Shown: positions 28,187 to 37,080 of the stretch, piece by piece | Numbering within the stretch: the stretch's first letter is position 1 | Layout: each line of letters begins with the position of its first letter | Source of the DNA: an uncultured Acidobacteriota bacterium | GTDB lineage: Bacteria; Acidobacteriota; Vicinamibacteria; Vicinamibacterales; CAVVIG01 | Reading direction: 5' to 3' | DNA length: 64,000 nt | NCBI GenBank assembly: GCA_963761615.1 | Contig: CAVXGU010000004.1 | Location: 543,537-607,536 of the forward strand | The notes under the pieces: generated by a model | Database searches by the model: none | What the model saw: only the letters and a program-made list of their open reading frames with translations | Told to the model about the DNA's origin: nothing | Position numbers and translations under genes: made by a program

Positions 28187-29574
28187 CGACGCCCTCCGGT
28201 CCGGCGCCGGACGCGCTGGTGCTCTTCGGCATCAGCGGCGACCTGGCGCACAAGAAGATCTTCCCCGCGCTGCTGGGCCTCGTACGGCGCGGACGGCTCG
28301 ACATCCCGGTCATCGGCGTGTCCAAGGCGGACTGGACCCACGATCAGCTCGTCGCGCGCGCGCGCGACAGCGTCGCCGCGCGGCGCGACGTCGACCCGGA
28401 AGCCTTCGAAAAGCTCGCCGCGCTGCTCCGCCACGTGTCGGGCGACTACAAGGACCCCGGCACCTTCACCCGCCTGCGGGACGCGATCGACGGGTCCAAG
28501 CACCCGCTGTATTACCTCGCCATCCCGCCTGGCCTGTTCCCGGTCGTCATCGAACAGCTGTCCGCCGGGGGGGGCACCGAGTCGGCGCGCGTCGTGGTGG
28601 AGAAGCCGTTCGGCCGCGATCTCGACTCGGCGCGTGCGCTGAACAAGACCCTGCTGGCTGCGTTTCCCGAGCAGTCCATCTTCCGAATCGATCACTTTCT
28701 CGGGAAGGAGGCCGTGCAGAACATCCTGTACTTCCGGTTCGCCAACGCCTTCCTCGAGCCGATCTGGAACCGCCAGTACGTCGACAGCGTGCAGATCACC
28801 ATGGCCGAGCAGTTCGGCCTCGAGGGGCGGGGCCGCCTGTACGAGGAGCTCGGCGTCGTGCGCGACGTGATACAGAACCACCTGCTCGAAGTGGTGAGCT
28901 ACCTCGCCATGGAAGCGCCGTCGTCCACCTGGGCCGAGGCCATTCGCGACGAGCAGGCGAAGGTGCTGCGGACGATCCGGCCGCTGGCGCTCGACGAGAT
29001 CGTCAAGGGGCAGTTCGCCGGCTACCACGACGCGAAGGGCGTGGCGGCCGATTCCCGGGTCCCGACCTACGCGGCGCTCCAGCTGCACATCGACTCGTGG
29101 CGCTGGGAGGGTGTGCCGTTCGTGGTCCGCGCCGGCAAGGCCCTGGCCACGACCTGCACGGAAGTCGTCGTGGAGCTGAAGCCGGCGCCGCCCGTCGTGT
29201 TCCAGGAGGCGCGCCCCGCCGACGGCAACTACGTGCGCTTCCGCCTCACGCCCAATCTCGCGATTGCCATCGGCGCGCGCGCCAAGCGACCGGGGGAGGC
29301 CATGACGGGGGAACTCGTCGAGCTCTCGGTCGTCGAGGGGCCCGAGCAAGGCAGCGGGGGGCGCATGGACGCGTACGAGCGTCTCATCGGCGACGCCCTG
29401 GCGGGCGACTCGACCCTGTTCGCCCGGCAGGACATCGTCGAACAGTCGTGGGCGATCGTGGATCCCGTCCTGGCCGACGACCAGCCACCGCTGCCGTACG
29501 AGCCCGGCACCTGGGGGCCCGCGGACGCCGATCGCCTCGTCGCCGGAGTGGGCGGATGGACGCGGACGTTGTAG
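28183..29574 (+). CDS. zwf: Glucose-6-phosphate 1-dehydrogenase
   Basis: [19 protein letters not shown], active-site [18 protein letters not shown]. The ATG overlaps the gnd stop (ATGA). Confidence 0.92.
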   Translation: MTTPSGPAPDALVLFGISGDLAHKKIFPALLGLVRRGRLDIPVIGVSKADWTHDQLVARARDSVAARRDVDPEAFEKLAALLRHVSGDYKDPGTFTRLRDAIDGSKHPLYYLAIPPGLFPVVIEQLSAGGGTESARVVVEKPFGRDLDSARALNKTLLAAFPEQSIFRIDHFLGKEAVQNILYFRFANAFLEPIWNRQYVDSVQITMAEQFGLEGRGRLYEELGVVRDVIQNHLLEVVSYLAMEAPSSTWAEAIRDEQAKVLRTIRPLALDEIVKGQFAGYHDAKGVAADSRVPTYAALQLHIDSWRWEGVPFVVRAGKALATTCTEVVVELKPAPPVVFQEARPADGNYVRFRLTPNLAIAIGARAKRPGEAMTGELVELSVVEGPEQGSGGRMDAYERLIGDALAGDSTLFARQDIVEQSWAIVDPVLADDQPPLPYEPGTWGPADADRLVAGVGGWTRTL

Positions 29575-30269
29575 TCGCGGACCCGGGCACGCTCGCGGAT
29601 CGGCTGGCCGCGGTGCTCGAGGCCGACGCCCGATCGGCGTTGGCGGAGCGCGAGGCGTTCACGCTCGCGCTGTCCGGCGGATCGGTGGCAACCGAGCTCT
29701 TTCCGAGGCTCGCGGCGGCCGACGTGGACTGGGATCGGACCGAGTTCTTCTGGGTCGACGAACGGGGCGTGCCGCCAGCCAGCCCGGAATCGAACTACGG
29801 GGTGGCCGCCGCGCTCTGGCTCTGGCCGGCAGGTGTGCCGCCCGAGCGGGTCCACCCCATGCCGGCCGACGATCCCGATCTCGCGCGGGCGGCTCGACGC
29901 TACGCCGCCGAGTTGGAGCGGCGTGCCGGCCAGCCGCCACGTCTGGATCTCGTGATCCTCGGCGTCGGTCCCGACGGGCATGTCGCCTCGCTGTTTCCCG
30001 GACACCCGACGCTCGACTCGGAAGCGCTCGTCGTGGCGGTCGAGGATTCTCCCAAGCCGCCGCGCCGCCGGCTGAGCCTGACCCTTCCCGTGCTCACCGG
30101 CGCGCGCCGCATCGTCGTCGGCGCCTTCGGCGAATCGAAAGCCGAGGCGATCCGCGCCGCACTCGAGGATCCCGCCTCTCCGCTCCCCGTCGCCCGGCTT
30201 GCCCGCCTCGCCGCCCGTCCGCTCTTTCTGCTCGATTCCCACGCGGCCTCGCAGCTGACTCGGCCTTGA
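29565..30269 (+). CDS. pgl: 6-phosphogluconolactonase
   Basis: C-terminal 234 codons of ORF 27966..30269. [32 protein letters not shown]. Confidence 0.88.
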   Translation, partial: DVVVADPGTLADRLAAVLEADARSALAEREAFTLALSGGSVATELFPRLAAADVDWDRTEFFWVDERGVPPASPESNYGVAAALWLWPAGVPPERVHPMPADDPDLARAARRYAAELERRAGQPPRLDLVILGVGPDGHVASLFPGHPTLDSEALVVAVEDSPKPPRRRLSLTLPVLTGARRIVVGAFGESKAEAIRAALEDPASPLPVARLARLAARPLFLLDSHAASQLTRP

Positions 30270-30449
30270 CGCGCCGGGGTGCCCGGCGCTCACGCAGCAC
30301 GGTGCCGGGCGCTGACGCCACAACGGGCTGGACGCTGACGCGGCACGGTGCTCGGCTTTCGCACGGCAGGGTGCTGCGGTTGTGAAGCACGCTCAGCCTG
30401 AGGCCCCGCACTCTTCAGCGTCAGTTCCAAGCACCGTGCGTCAGCCCGC

Positions 30450-32798
30450 TCAGAAGCGATACGACACGTTCACATAGACGTTGCGTCCGGGCTCCCGGAC
30501 CCGGACCGTCGAGCGGAACGGATCCCGCAGGTACGAGAGATAGTCGAGATAGAGCTTGTCGAAGACGTTGTCGATGTCGAATGTCAAACGCAGCGACCTG
30601 ATCTGACGCCCCGCGCGCAGATTGAGCACGCCGTAGCCGGGCGTCGGCTGTTCCAGCAGGTCGCTGTCGACGTGCCGCTGGGAACCGGCCACGAGGAGTT
30701 CCGCCTCGCCAAAGACCATTCCCCGATCGTACCGGAGCCCCAGCGAGCCGTTGAGCGGCGGAATCTCGGGGAGGTTGGTGCCGGTGATCCCGTGACCCGG
30801 GTCTGGCGTCTTCGGTACCGCGTGTGTACGCCGCCTTGGCCGTCGCGAACCAGCGATCGGACAGCGAGTAGGTGACGCTGGCCTCGCCGCTCGTCATGCG
30901 GGCGCTCACGGCCTGGTACGACTGTGCGGTTTGATTCATCACGCCGCTGACCGCGTTGATCTTCGGTTGCGGTCCGACCGTGATGAAGTTGTCGAGCCAG
31001 TCGCGGTAGACGCTGACGGAGGCGACCGCTCGCCGATACTGATACGTGACGTCGGCGTTGACGCCCGTGTTGCCGGTGGGCGCGAGCGCCGGGTTGCCCA
31101 CCCAGTCCGACCCCATGCGCTGGAGGCCGTAATAGCGCTCCTGCGGATCGGGCACCCGCTCGGTGTGGCCGATGCCGCCGCCGATTCTCAGGCTGTCCGA
31201 GGCGCGATGAGTCACGCGGAGGCTTCCCGACGGCATCACGTCCGACGCCGAGGTCGATCGGGTTCCGTTGTAGGCGAAGTACAGATTCGTGTTTGCCTTG
31301 CCCGGGTCGGCCGCGCTGTGCGCCCAGTCCAGGCGGCCGCCGAGGTCCAGGCGCGTCGTCGCGGAGAGCGACCGACTGTACGCGACGTACGCGCCGACGC
31401 TGTCCGTGGTGACATCGGGGATGGCGTATCGAGGCTGGAACTGACTGGCCATCATCGACGTCGTGGCGTTCCAGGTCACCGGCGCGACACTTCGACGCCG
31501 GCGGTGACGCCGGCAATGTCGGCCTGGACCTTCCCGCCCGCCACGCTCGAATCCGCTTGGGTCATCATGCTGTACGGCCGCGGCGAGCCGATCGACGAGG
31601 TGCGGAATTGATCGGTCATCGCGTGGGACACGCGCGTGTAGTACGCCTCCGAGGAGAACGCCCTGATTCGTCCGCCTTCGTTCGGCACGTCGTAGCCGAC
31701 CCTGAACCGGTCGGCGTGGTCGCCGGTGGCGTCCATCTGCAGGTACGGGTACAGCACGTCGTTGGCCTGCTGGCCGGTGTACGAGACCTGGACGGTGTGC
31801 CCGGCGCGCGGCGACAGAAACAGCTGGAGCCAGCCGGTGTTCGCCCCGAACGCCTGCGAGTCGATGCTGGCCGGGCGGTAGTTCGCGTAGTCGGTGAATC
31901 TCGCGCCGGAGGCGTCGCGATAGGGATTCGACGCCCGGTACGAGTAGCCGCCAAGCAGGGACCAGCGGCGGCTCCCGTACGACATCGTGCCGGACGGGTT
32001 GAGGTAGCCGAACGACCCGGCGGAGACGTTCGATTCCGAGTGGAATCCCTCCGTCGGCTTCTTCGTCACGATGTTGATGACGCCGCCCAGGCTGCCCGGG
32101 TTCAGGACGTCGAACGGCCCCTTGCCGACCTCGATGTGATCGACTTCGGCGAAGTCCGCGTGGAAGACGGCCGGATCCATGTCGTTGGGGCAGGCGCCGT
32201 ACACTGTCTGGCCGTCGATGAGAACGGTGAGGTCCTTCCCGCGGTACCCGTGCAGGACCACGTCGTTGCCCAGGCCGCCCTTGCGGATCATCGAGATGCC
32301 GTTCATGTGGGACAGGGCCTCGCCGATGTCACGCGCCGTGCTCTCGCGGATCTCGGATGCCTGGATGTCGTCCCGCGTTTCTGGCGCGACCACGCTCACG
32401 ACGTCCTTGTAGGTGGCCGGCGCCATCGTGAAGTCCACTTCGCGGGTCTGTCCCTCGGCCACGACCAGGTCCCGAAGGATCTGCGTCTGGAACCCGTCCA
32501 GGTCCGCGCGGACCTCGTAGCGCCCCGGCGGGAGCCCGGTCCCGCGATAGCCGCCGTGTTCGCCGGTGACCACGGTCACGCTCGCGCCGCTCTCGGCCTC
32601 GGTGATCGTCACGACGACGCCAGGCAGGCGCGCGGCGTCCGGATCCGTGACGAAGCCTGTGACCGCGCCGGGATCCGCGAGCCCGGGCGCCGCCTCGGGA
32701 CGCGGGGGCGTTTGCGCCGCACCGGGCGGTGGAAATGACAGGACGAAAGACAGGAGCGCCACTCCTGCGACTGCCGACCGATGAGCTCGTGATCGCAT
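30450..32798 (-). pseudogene. TonB-dependent outer-membrane receptor with an N-terminal CarboxypepD_reg domain; two frame breaks
   Basis: Three consecutive minus-strand ORFs (31476..32876, 30421..31479, 30450..30719) concatenate into one TBDR. It has a signal peptide, GVVVTITEAESG...YEVRADLDGF, plug DIGEALSHMNGISM, barrel, and terminal ...NVYVNVSYRF. Breaks are at ~31478 and ~30790-30830. RBS GGAGG precedes ATG 32798. Confidence 0.75.
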
Positions 32799-32891
32799 AC
32801 ACACACCCTCCTCGAGATGACGTGATCGCGGGGCGGACCTCCCGCCACGCGGCCGGCGGACGCCGGGCATCGACACGACGCGAACGAGGAG

Positions 32892-33278
32892 TTACGCGCG
32901 AGGCGGGGGTGCGTCGGGGACGAGGAACAGGTCGAGGGGGCGACTCCGGGCGGGCTGGACGGCCCGTTCGCCGAGAGACGGCTCGGCGGCGGCGCGGGTG
33001 GGTGCCGTGAGGACCGCGCTGTCGCCGAGCAGCGATGCGATGACGGTGAGGCCGTCGTCGGAGGCGCTGCGGCACGAGCACGCGTTGGAGTCGTGGCCCG
33101 GCGCCGCGTGATGCATCGGGCACTCCACGCCGTCGCCGTGGGCGCACGTGCACTGGACGGCCGAGGCGTCACTCGACGCGCCGGCGCACAGGGCGACCGG
33201 GGCGGCGCTCACGAACGTGAGCTGGAGTGCGAGCCAGCCGCCGGCGAAACGCGTGAGCCGATGACGTATCGCTCGCAT
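32892..33278 (-). CDS. Small exported Cys/His-rich protein, putative metal binding
   Basis: Signal-like N-terminus, then CAGASSDASAVQCTCAHGDGVECPMHHAAPGHDSNACSC. Lies immediately upstream of the TBDR on the same strand. Confidence 0.5.
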   Translation of the reverse strand: MRAIRHRLTRFAGGWLALQLTFVSAAPVALCAGASSDASAVQCTCAHGDGVECPMHHAAPGHDSNACSCRSASDDGLTVIASLLGDSAVLTAPTRAAAEPSLGERAVQPARSRPLDLFLVPDAPPPRA

Positions 33279-33287
33279 CGGGAGTGG

Positions 33288-33831
33288 CTACTTCTGCACC
33301 GTAACCGGATCGCCGGTCTCGTGCTCCGTGATTTGATACCGGAGGAAGTCGTGGATGGCGTCCAGGGCGTTGGCGTTCGACGAGGCAATCCGGACGACGC
33401 CCCCGTGCCCGGTGGCCTCGGTACGTGTACGTGATCGCCGCCTCGAGGCGCTGCATCGTCGCCACCCCGGGCGGCATTTCGCCGTGGGTCATGAGCGGTT
33501 TCTCGAAGTCGCCCTGCGCGAACGCCCTGGCGATCTCCTGCAGGTGCGTCCGGATCTGAGCGAGGGTCGTCTCGTCGGCCGCGTCGTTGGCGTCGACGGC
33601 GATTGCGCCACCCTCGGCGGTCAGCGTGAAGTGATGCGTGGCCTTGTCCTGGTCGAAGCCCATGGCCATCTGGCCGCGCTGTTTCAGTTCGGCCTCCTTC
33701 TTCATCTGCGCCATGTGCTCTTCGTGCGTCATCCCGGCAGGCATGGCTGGATGCTGCTGGGCCGCGGCGACGGGCCCGACGACGATGCCGACGACGGCGA
33801 GGATCAGCGAGAGCCGGGTCAGGACTTTCAT
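33288..33831 (-). pseudogene. Periplasmic Met/His-rich protein of unknown function; frame broken near 33419-33431
   Basis: MKVLTRLSLILAVVGIVVGPVAAAQQHPAMPAGMTHEEHMAQMKKE...MQRLEAAITYTY is followed by junk. Shifting one frame restores TEATGHGGVVRIASSNANALDAIHDFLRYQITEHETGDPVTVQK and a stop at 33288. Confidence 0.6.
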
Positions 33832-33844
33832 GACACCAGCATAA

Positions 33845-33866
33845 ACCCTCGAATTGGTTCGAGGGT
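33845..33866. promoter_or_regulatory. Perfect 9-bp dyad (accctcgaa ttgg ttcgagggt) between merR-like gene and the downstream periplasmic gene
   Basis: Read directly. It lies 14 nt upstream of ATG 33831 on the minus strand and is followed there by tttat. It could be an operator or an intrinsic terminator/attenuator. Confidence 0.4.
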
Positions 33867-33896
33867 CAAGGCCGCCGTTCGGCAGCGGCTCGCGGG

Positions 33897-34361
33897 TCAG
33901 GCCCGGGTCTTGACGTTGGCGAGCGGAGGGCGGGCCGGCAAGTGGTCGTCGCGCTGCAGCGCCTCCAGCAAGTGCGCCGGCCGGTCCGGTGACGTGCGCG
34001 CCAGCCGGCGATCCCAGTCCCGGATCGTCCGCCTGATGTCTTGTCGGGCTGCCGTCAGTTCCGCGATCCGCCGGTCGACGGCCGCCAGGATGCGATCTGC
34101 CGCGACGCGCACATCGCGGCAAGGTGTGCCGCCTGCCGCCCGGACCTTCAGGAATCCCGCGACGTCGCGCAGGGAAAACCCGAACCGCAGCGCATGACGC
34201 ACCAGCTTGACGCGGTCCACCGCGGACGCGGGGAACTGCCGGTAGCCCGCGGCCGTTCGGGTGGCCCTGGGCAGCACGCCGAGGCGCTCGTAGTGTCGGA
34301 TCGTGTCGACGCTGACCCCCGCGCGCTCGGCAATCTGCCCGATCTGCAACACTTCGGCCAT
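33897..34361 (-). CDS. MerR-family transcriptional regulator
   Basis: C-terminal 154 codons of ORF 33897..34736. N-terminal HTH MAEVLQIGQIAERAGVSVDTIRHYERLGVL, then a coiled-coil dimerisation helix. Only one Cys, so not a classic CueR/MerR metal site. Confidence 0.8.
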   Translation of the reverse strand: MAEVLQIGQIAERAGVSVDTIRHYERLGVLPRATRTAAGYRQFPASAVDRVKLVRHALRFGFSLRDVAGFLKVRAAGGTPCRDVRVAADRILAAVDRRIAELTAARQDIRRTIRDWDRRLARTSPDRPAHLLEALQRDDHLPARPPLANVKTRA

Positions 34362-34399
34362 GTCGTGATGATAGTCGCTGTGCCCGGCGCCTTGCGGCG

Positions 34400-35935
34400 T
34401 CAGTTCCCGGTCTCCCGAAGTGCCATCAATCGAACGATCTCCCGCCGGTCCTCGGTCGACAGGGAAGGCATTCCGTCGTCGTAGCCGAACACCTCGGCCA
34501 GGCTCTTTGCGCCGAAGCGCGCGTCGAGGAGCTCGAGCTGGCTGGACGGGATGAGCGCGGGGTGCACCGCGCCGCAGGCGTGGCTGAGGGCCAGCAGCTC
34601 CTTGCGCATCGTGACGACGTAGTTGGCCAGGCGCGAGGACTTGAGCGTCGGGTCGAGGCCGCGCGTCAGCCACCGGTTCTGTGTCGCGACGCCCGTGGGG
34701 CAGCGGTTCGTGTGACAGCGCTGCGCCTGGATGCACCCGATCGCGAGCATCGCTTCGCGGCCGACGTTGATGACGTCGCAGCCGAGCGCGAGCCCGAAGA
34801 GCGCCGCCTCGGGAAAGCCGAGCTTGCCCGATCCCGCGAACGCGACACGCTGGTGGAGGGCGTGCTCGACGAAGATCTTGTACACGCGGCCGAAGCCCAC
34901 CTTGAACGGCAGCGCCACGTGGTCCGAGAAGACGAGCGGGCCGGCGCCCGTTCCGCCTTCGCCCCCGTCGATCGTGACGAAGTCCACCCCGCGGTCACCG
35001 CGCGCCATCAGGCGCGCGAGCTCTCGCCAGAACGCGAGGTCGCCCACGGCCGACTTGATGCCGACGGGCAGGCCGGTCTCGCCCGCGACCGCCTCCACGA
35101 AGTCCAGCAGGCCGTCGGTGTCGCAGAACGCCGTGTGCCGTGGCGGGCTGATGCAGTCGCGATCACGAAGCACGCCGCGGATCGCGGCAATCTCGGCCGA
35201 GATCTTCGCCTTGGGCAGGATGCCGCCGACGCCCGGCTTGGCGCCCTGACTCAGCTTGATCTCGACGGCCCGGATCGTCGGGCAGGCCGCGACCGTCTCC
35301 TTCAGCTTGGCCATGCTGAAGTGCCCGTCCAGCTCGCGGCAGCCGAAGTAGCCCGTGCCGATCTGCCAGATCAGATCGCCGCCGTTGCGATGGTACGGCG
35401 ACACACCGCCTTCTCCCGTGTTCTGCAGACAGCCGGCTGCCTTCACGCCCCGGTTGAGCGCTTCGACGGCCGGGCCGCTCAGCGCGCCGTAGCTCATCCC
35501 CGACACGTTGACGACCGACGCCGGCCGGAACGCCTTGACGCGCCCGCGCGCGGCGCCCAGGACCTTCGCGGCCGGAAGCCGATAGAGCGGGTCGTACCCG
35601 ACGTCACCCGGATGCGGGGAGTTGAGCGGAAACGTCTGGTGCTTGATGATCAGGTAGTTCGGCTCGAGCTCCATGTCGTTGTCCGAGCCGAAGCCGAAGT
35701 AGTTGTTCTCGCGCTTCGCCGAGGCGTACACCCAGCGCCGCTGGTCGCGGCTGAACGGCCGCTCCGAGTTGTTGTCGGTGACGATGTACTGGCGGAGCTC
35801 GGGGCCGATGGCCTCGAGCATGAAGCGAAAGTGTCCGATGACGGGGAAGTTGCGCAGGACGGCATGCCGTCGCTGTACGAGGTCGTAGACCACGACCGCG
35901 CCGAGCACGGCGGCGATCACCCAGAGCCAAATCAC
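34400..35935 (-). CDS. FMN-binding glutamate synthase-family protein (GltB domain-2-like) with an N-terminal TM helix
   Basis: 511 aa. EIKLSQGAKPGVGGILP, IDGGEGGTGAGP, CIQAQRCHTNRCPTGVATQ motifs. Confidence 0.8.
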   Translation of the reverse strand: MIWLWVIAAVLGAVVVYDLVQRRHAVLRNFPVIGHFRFMLEAIGPELRQYIVTDNNSERPFSRDQRRWVYASAKRENNYFGFGSDNDMELEPNYLIIKHQTFPLNSPHPGDVGYDPLYRLPAAKVLGAARGRVKAFRPASVVNVSGMSYGALSGPAVEALNRGVKAAGCLQNTGEGGVSPYHRNGGDLIWQIGTGYFGCRELDGHFSMAKLKETVAACPTIRAVEIKLSQGAKPGVGGILPKAKISAEIAAIRGVLRDRDCISPPRHTAFCDTDGLLDFVEAVAGETGLPVGIKSAVGDLAFWRELARLMARGDRGVDFVTIDGGEGGTGAGPLVFSDHVALPFKVGFGRVYKIFVEHALHQRVAFAGSGKLGFPEAALFGLALGCDVINVGREAMLAIGCIQAQRCHTNRCPTGVATQNRWLTRGLDPTLKSSRLANYVVTMRKELLALSHACGAVHPALIPSSQLELLDARFGAKSLAEVFGYDDGMPSLSTEDRREIVRLMALRETGN

Positions 35936-35971
35936 GGGACGATCTTAGTCCGAGAGCCGGGCGCCCGTGGC

Positions 35972-36364
35972 CTACTCGTCTCCGTGCGTCCTGCGCGCGG
36001 CCTTCAATTCTCCGCGGCGCTTCTTCGTGTGCAGCCGTTTCTCCCGCGCCTGGCGCCCCGGCCTGGTGGGCGTGCGCTTCCGCGGCGCGCGCATCGCGCG
36101 CTGGATCAAGGCCTCGAGCCGCTCGCGCGCGGCCTCCCGGTTCTGACCCTGCGTGCGGAGCGCGCGGCTGTCGATGACGAGGACACCCGCCTCGGTCATC
36201 CGCCGCCCCGCCAGTTTCGCGAGGCGCGCCTTCACGTCGTCCGGCAGCGACGAGCCGCGGACGTCGTAGCGCAGCTCCACGGCCGTCGCCACCTTGTTGA
36301 CGTTCTGGCCGCCAGGTCCCGAGGCGCGGACGAACCGCTCCTCGAGGCAGCGTTCGTCGATCAC
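35972..36364 (-). CDS. arfB: Alternative ribosome-rescue factor ArfB (peptidyl-tRNA hydrolase, GGQ domain)
   Basis: RASGPGGQNVNKVATAVELRY plus a basic C-terminal tail RKRTPTRPGRQAREKRLHTKKRRGELKAARR. The GTG start at 36364 was chosen because the upstream part of ORF 35972..36640 is antisense junk. Confidence 0.75.
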   Translation of the reverse strand: MIDERCLEERFVRASGPGGQNVNKVATAVELRYDVRGSSLPDDVKARLAKLAGRRMTEAGVLVIDSRALRTQGQNREAARERLEALIQRAMRAPRKRTPTRPGRQAREKRLHTKKRRGELKAARRTHGDE

Positions 36365-36378
36365 CGCGACCTCAAGGC

Positions 36379-36406
36379 GAGAGCCGGGAGCCCGGAGTCC
36401 GGAGCC
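36379..36406 (+). repeat. Four heptamers of the GAGAGCC family (gagagcc gggagcc cggagtc cggagcc)
   Basis: Read directly. Abuts the stop of the PEBP gene. Confidence 0.7.
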
Positions 36407-36410
36407 CGGT

Positions 36411-36983
36411 TCACCGATGGAAGCGGCCGACGAGCACGGCCTTCCCCAGGATGTGGCCGTCGATCGCGGCCAGGACCTGATCCCGCGTGGCGTCCGGCCC
36501 GAGAGTGAGCTTCGTGTCGAGCGCGAAGAGCTCCCACGTGTAGTGATGATCCGGGCCCTGCGCCGGCGCGCCCGGTCCCCGGTAGCCGACGGTGCCGCCC
36601 CCGTTCTTGCCCTGGACCGTGCCGTCGGGCAGTTGCGCATTCGCGGGCACGCCTTCGGGCAGCCCCGTGGCCGAGCCCGGGATGTTGAAGATCAGCCAGT
36701 GCAGCATGTCCTCGGTCTTGCGCTGGCGCGCCACGTCCGGATCGTGCATCACCATCGCGAAGCTCACCGTGCCGGAGGGCACGTGCGTCCAGTCGAGCTT
36801 CGGCGAGACGGGGTTGTCGACCGACGCCGTGAAGCGCCCGGGGATGACCCCGCCGTCGGGAAACGCCGTGGTCGTCAGCGTCAGGCCGGGCTGTGCCGGG
36901 CCGCGCCCGCCGCCGCGCTGCGCCGACGCGGTGCCCGCCACCGCCAGTACTGCGGCGGCCAGAATCAGCGATCTCGCTTTCAT
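36411..36983 (-). CDS. YbhB/YbcL-family (PEBP/Raf-kinase-inhibitor-like) exported protein
   Basis: Start MKARSLILAAAVLAVAGTASA with RBS GAGGAG. PEBP core motifs VMHDPD, HHYTWELFALD. Confidence 0.8.
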   Translation of the reverse strand: MKARSLILAAAVLAVAGTASAQRGGGRGPAQPGLTLTTTAFPDGGVIPGRFTASVDNPVSPKLDWTHVPSGTVSFAMVMHDPDVARQRKTEDMLHWLIFNIPGSATGLPEGVPANAQLPDGTVQGKNGGGTVGYRGPGAPAQGPDHHYTWELFALDTKLTLGPDATRDQVLAAIDGHILGKAVLVGRFHR

Positions 36984-37004
36984 GGTTTTTCGTCTCCTCG
37001 GGCC

Positions 37005-37032
37005 GGGAGCCCGGAGTCGAGAGCCGGGAGCC
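37005..37032 (+). repeat. Four heptamers of the GAGAGCC family (gggagcc cggagtc gagagcc gggagcc)
   Basis: Read directly. Lies in the divergent spacer between the PEBP gene and the M29 aminopeptidase gene. Confidence 0.7.
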
Positions 37033-37080
37033 TGTATCATTTCAGCCCGGTATTCTAACGGAGGGAGCGGGAATCACGTC

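Noticed and set aside
1615-33435. Considered programmed ribosomal frameshifting for the five frame breaks
   Set aside because: No slippery heptanucleotide (X XXY YYZ) or downstream pseudoknot-like structure was seen at any junction. The affected genes (transporter, TBDR, membrane and periplasmic proteins) are not known recoding targets. Indel error or pseudogenisation is more parsimonious.
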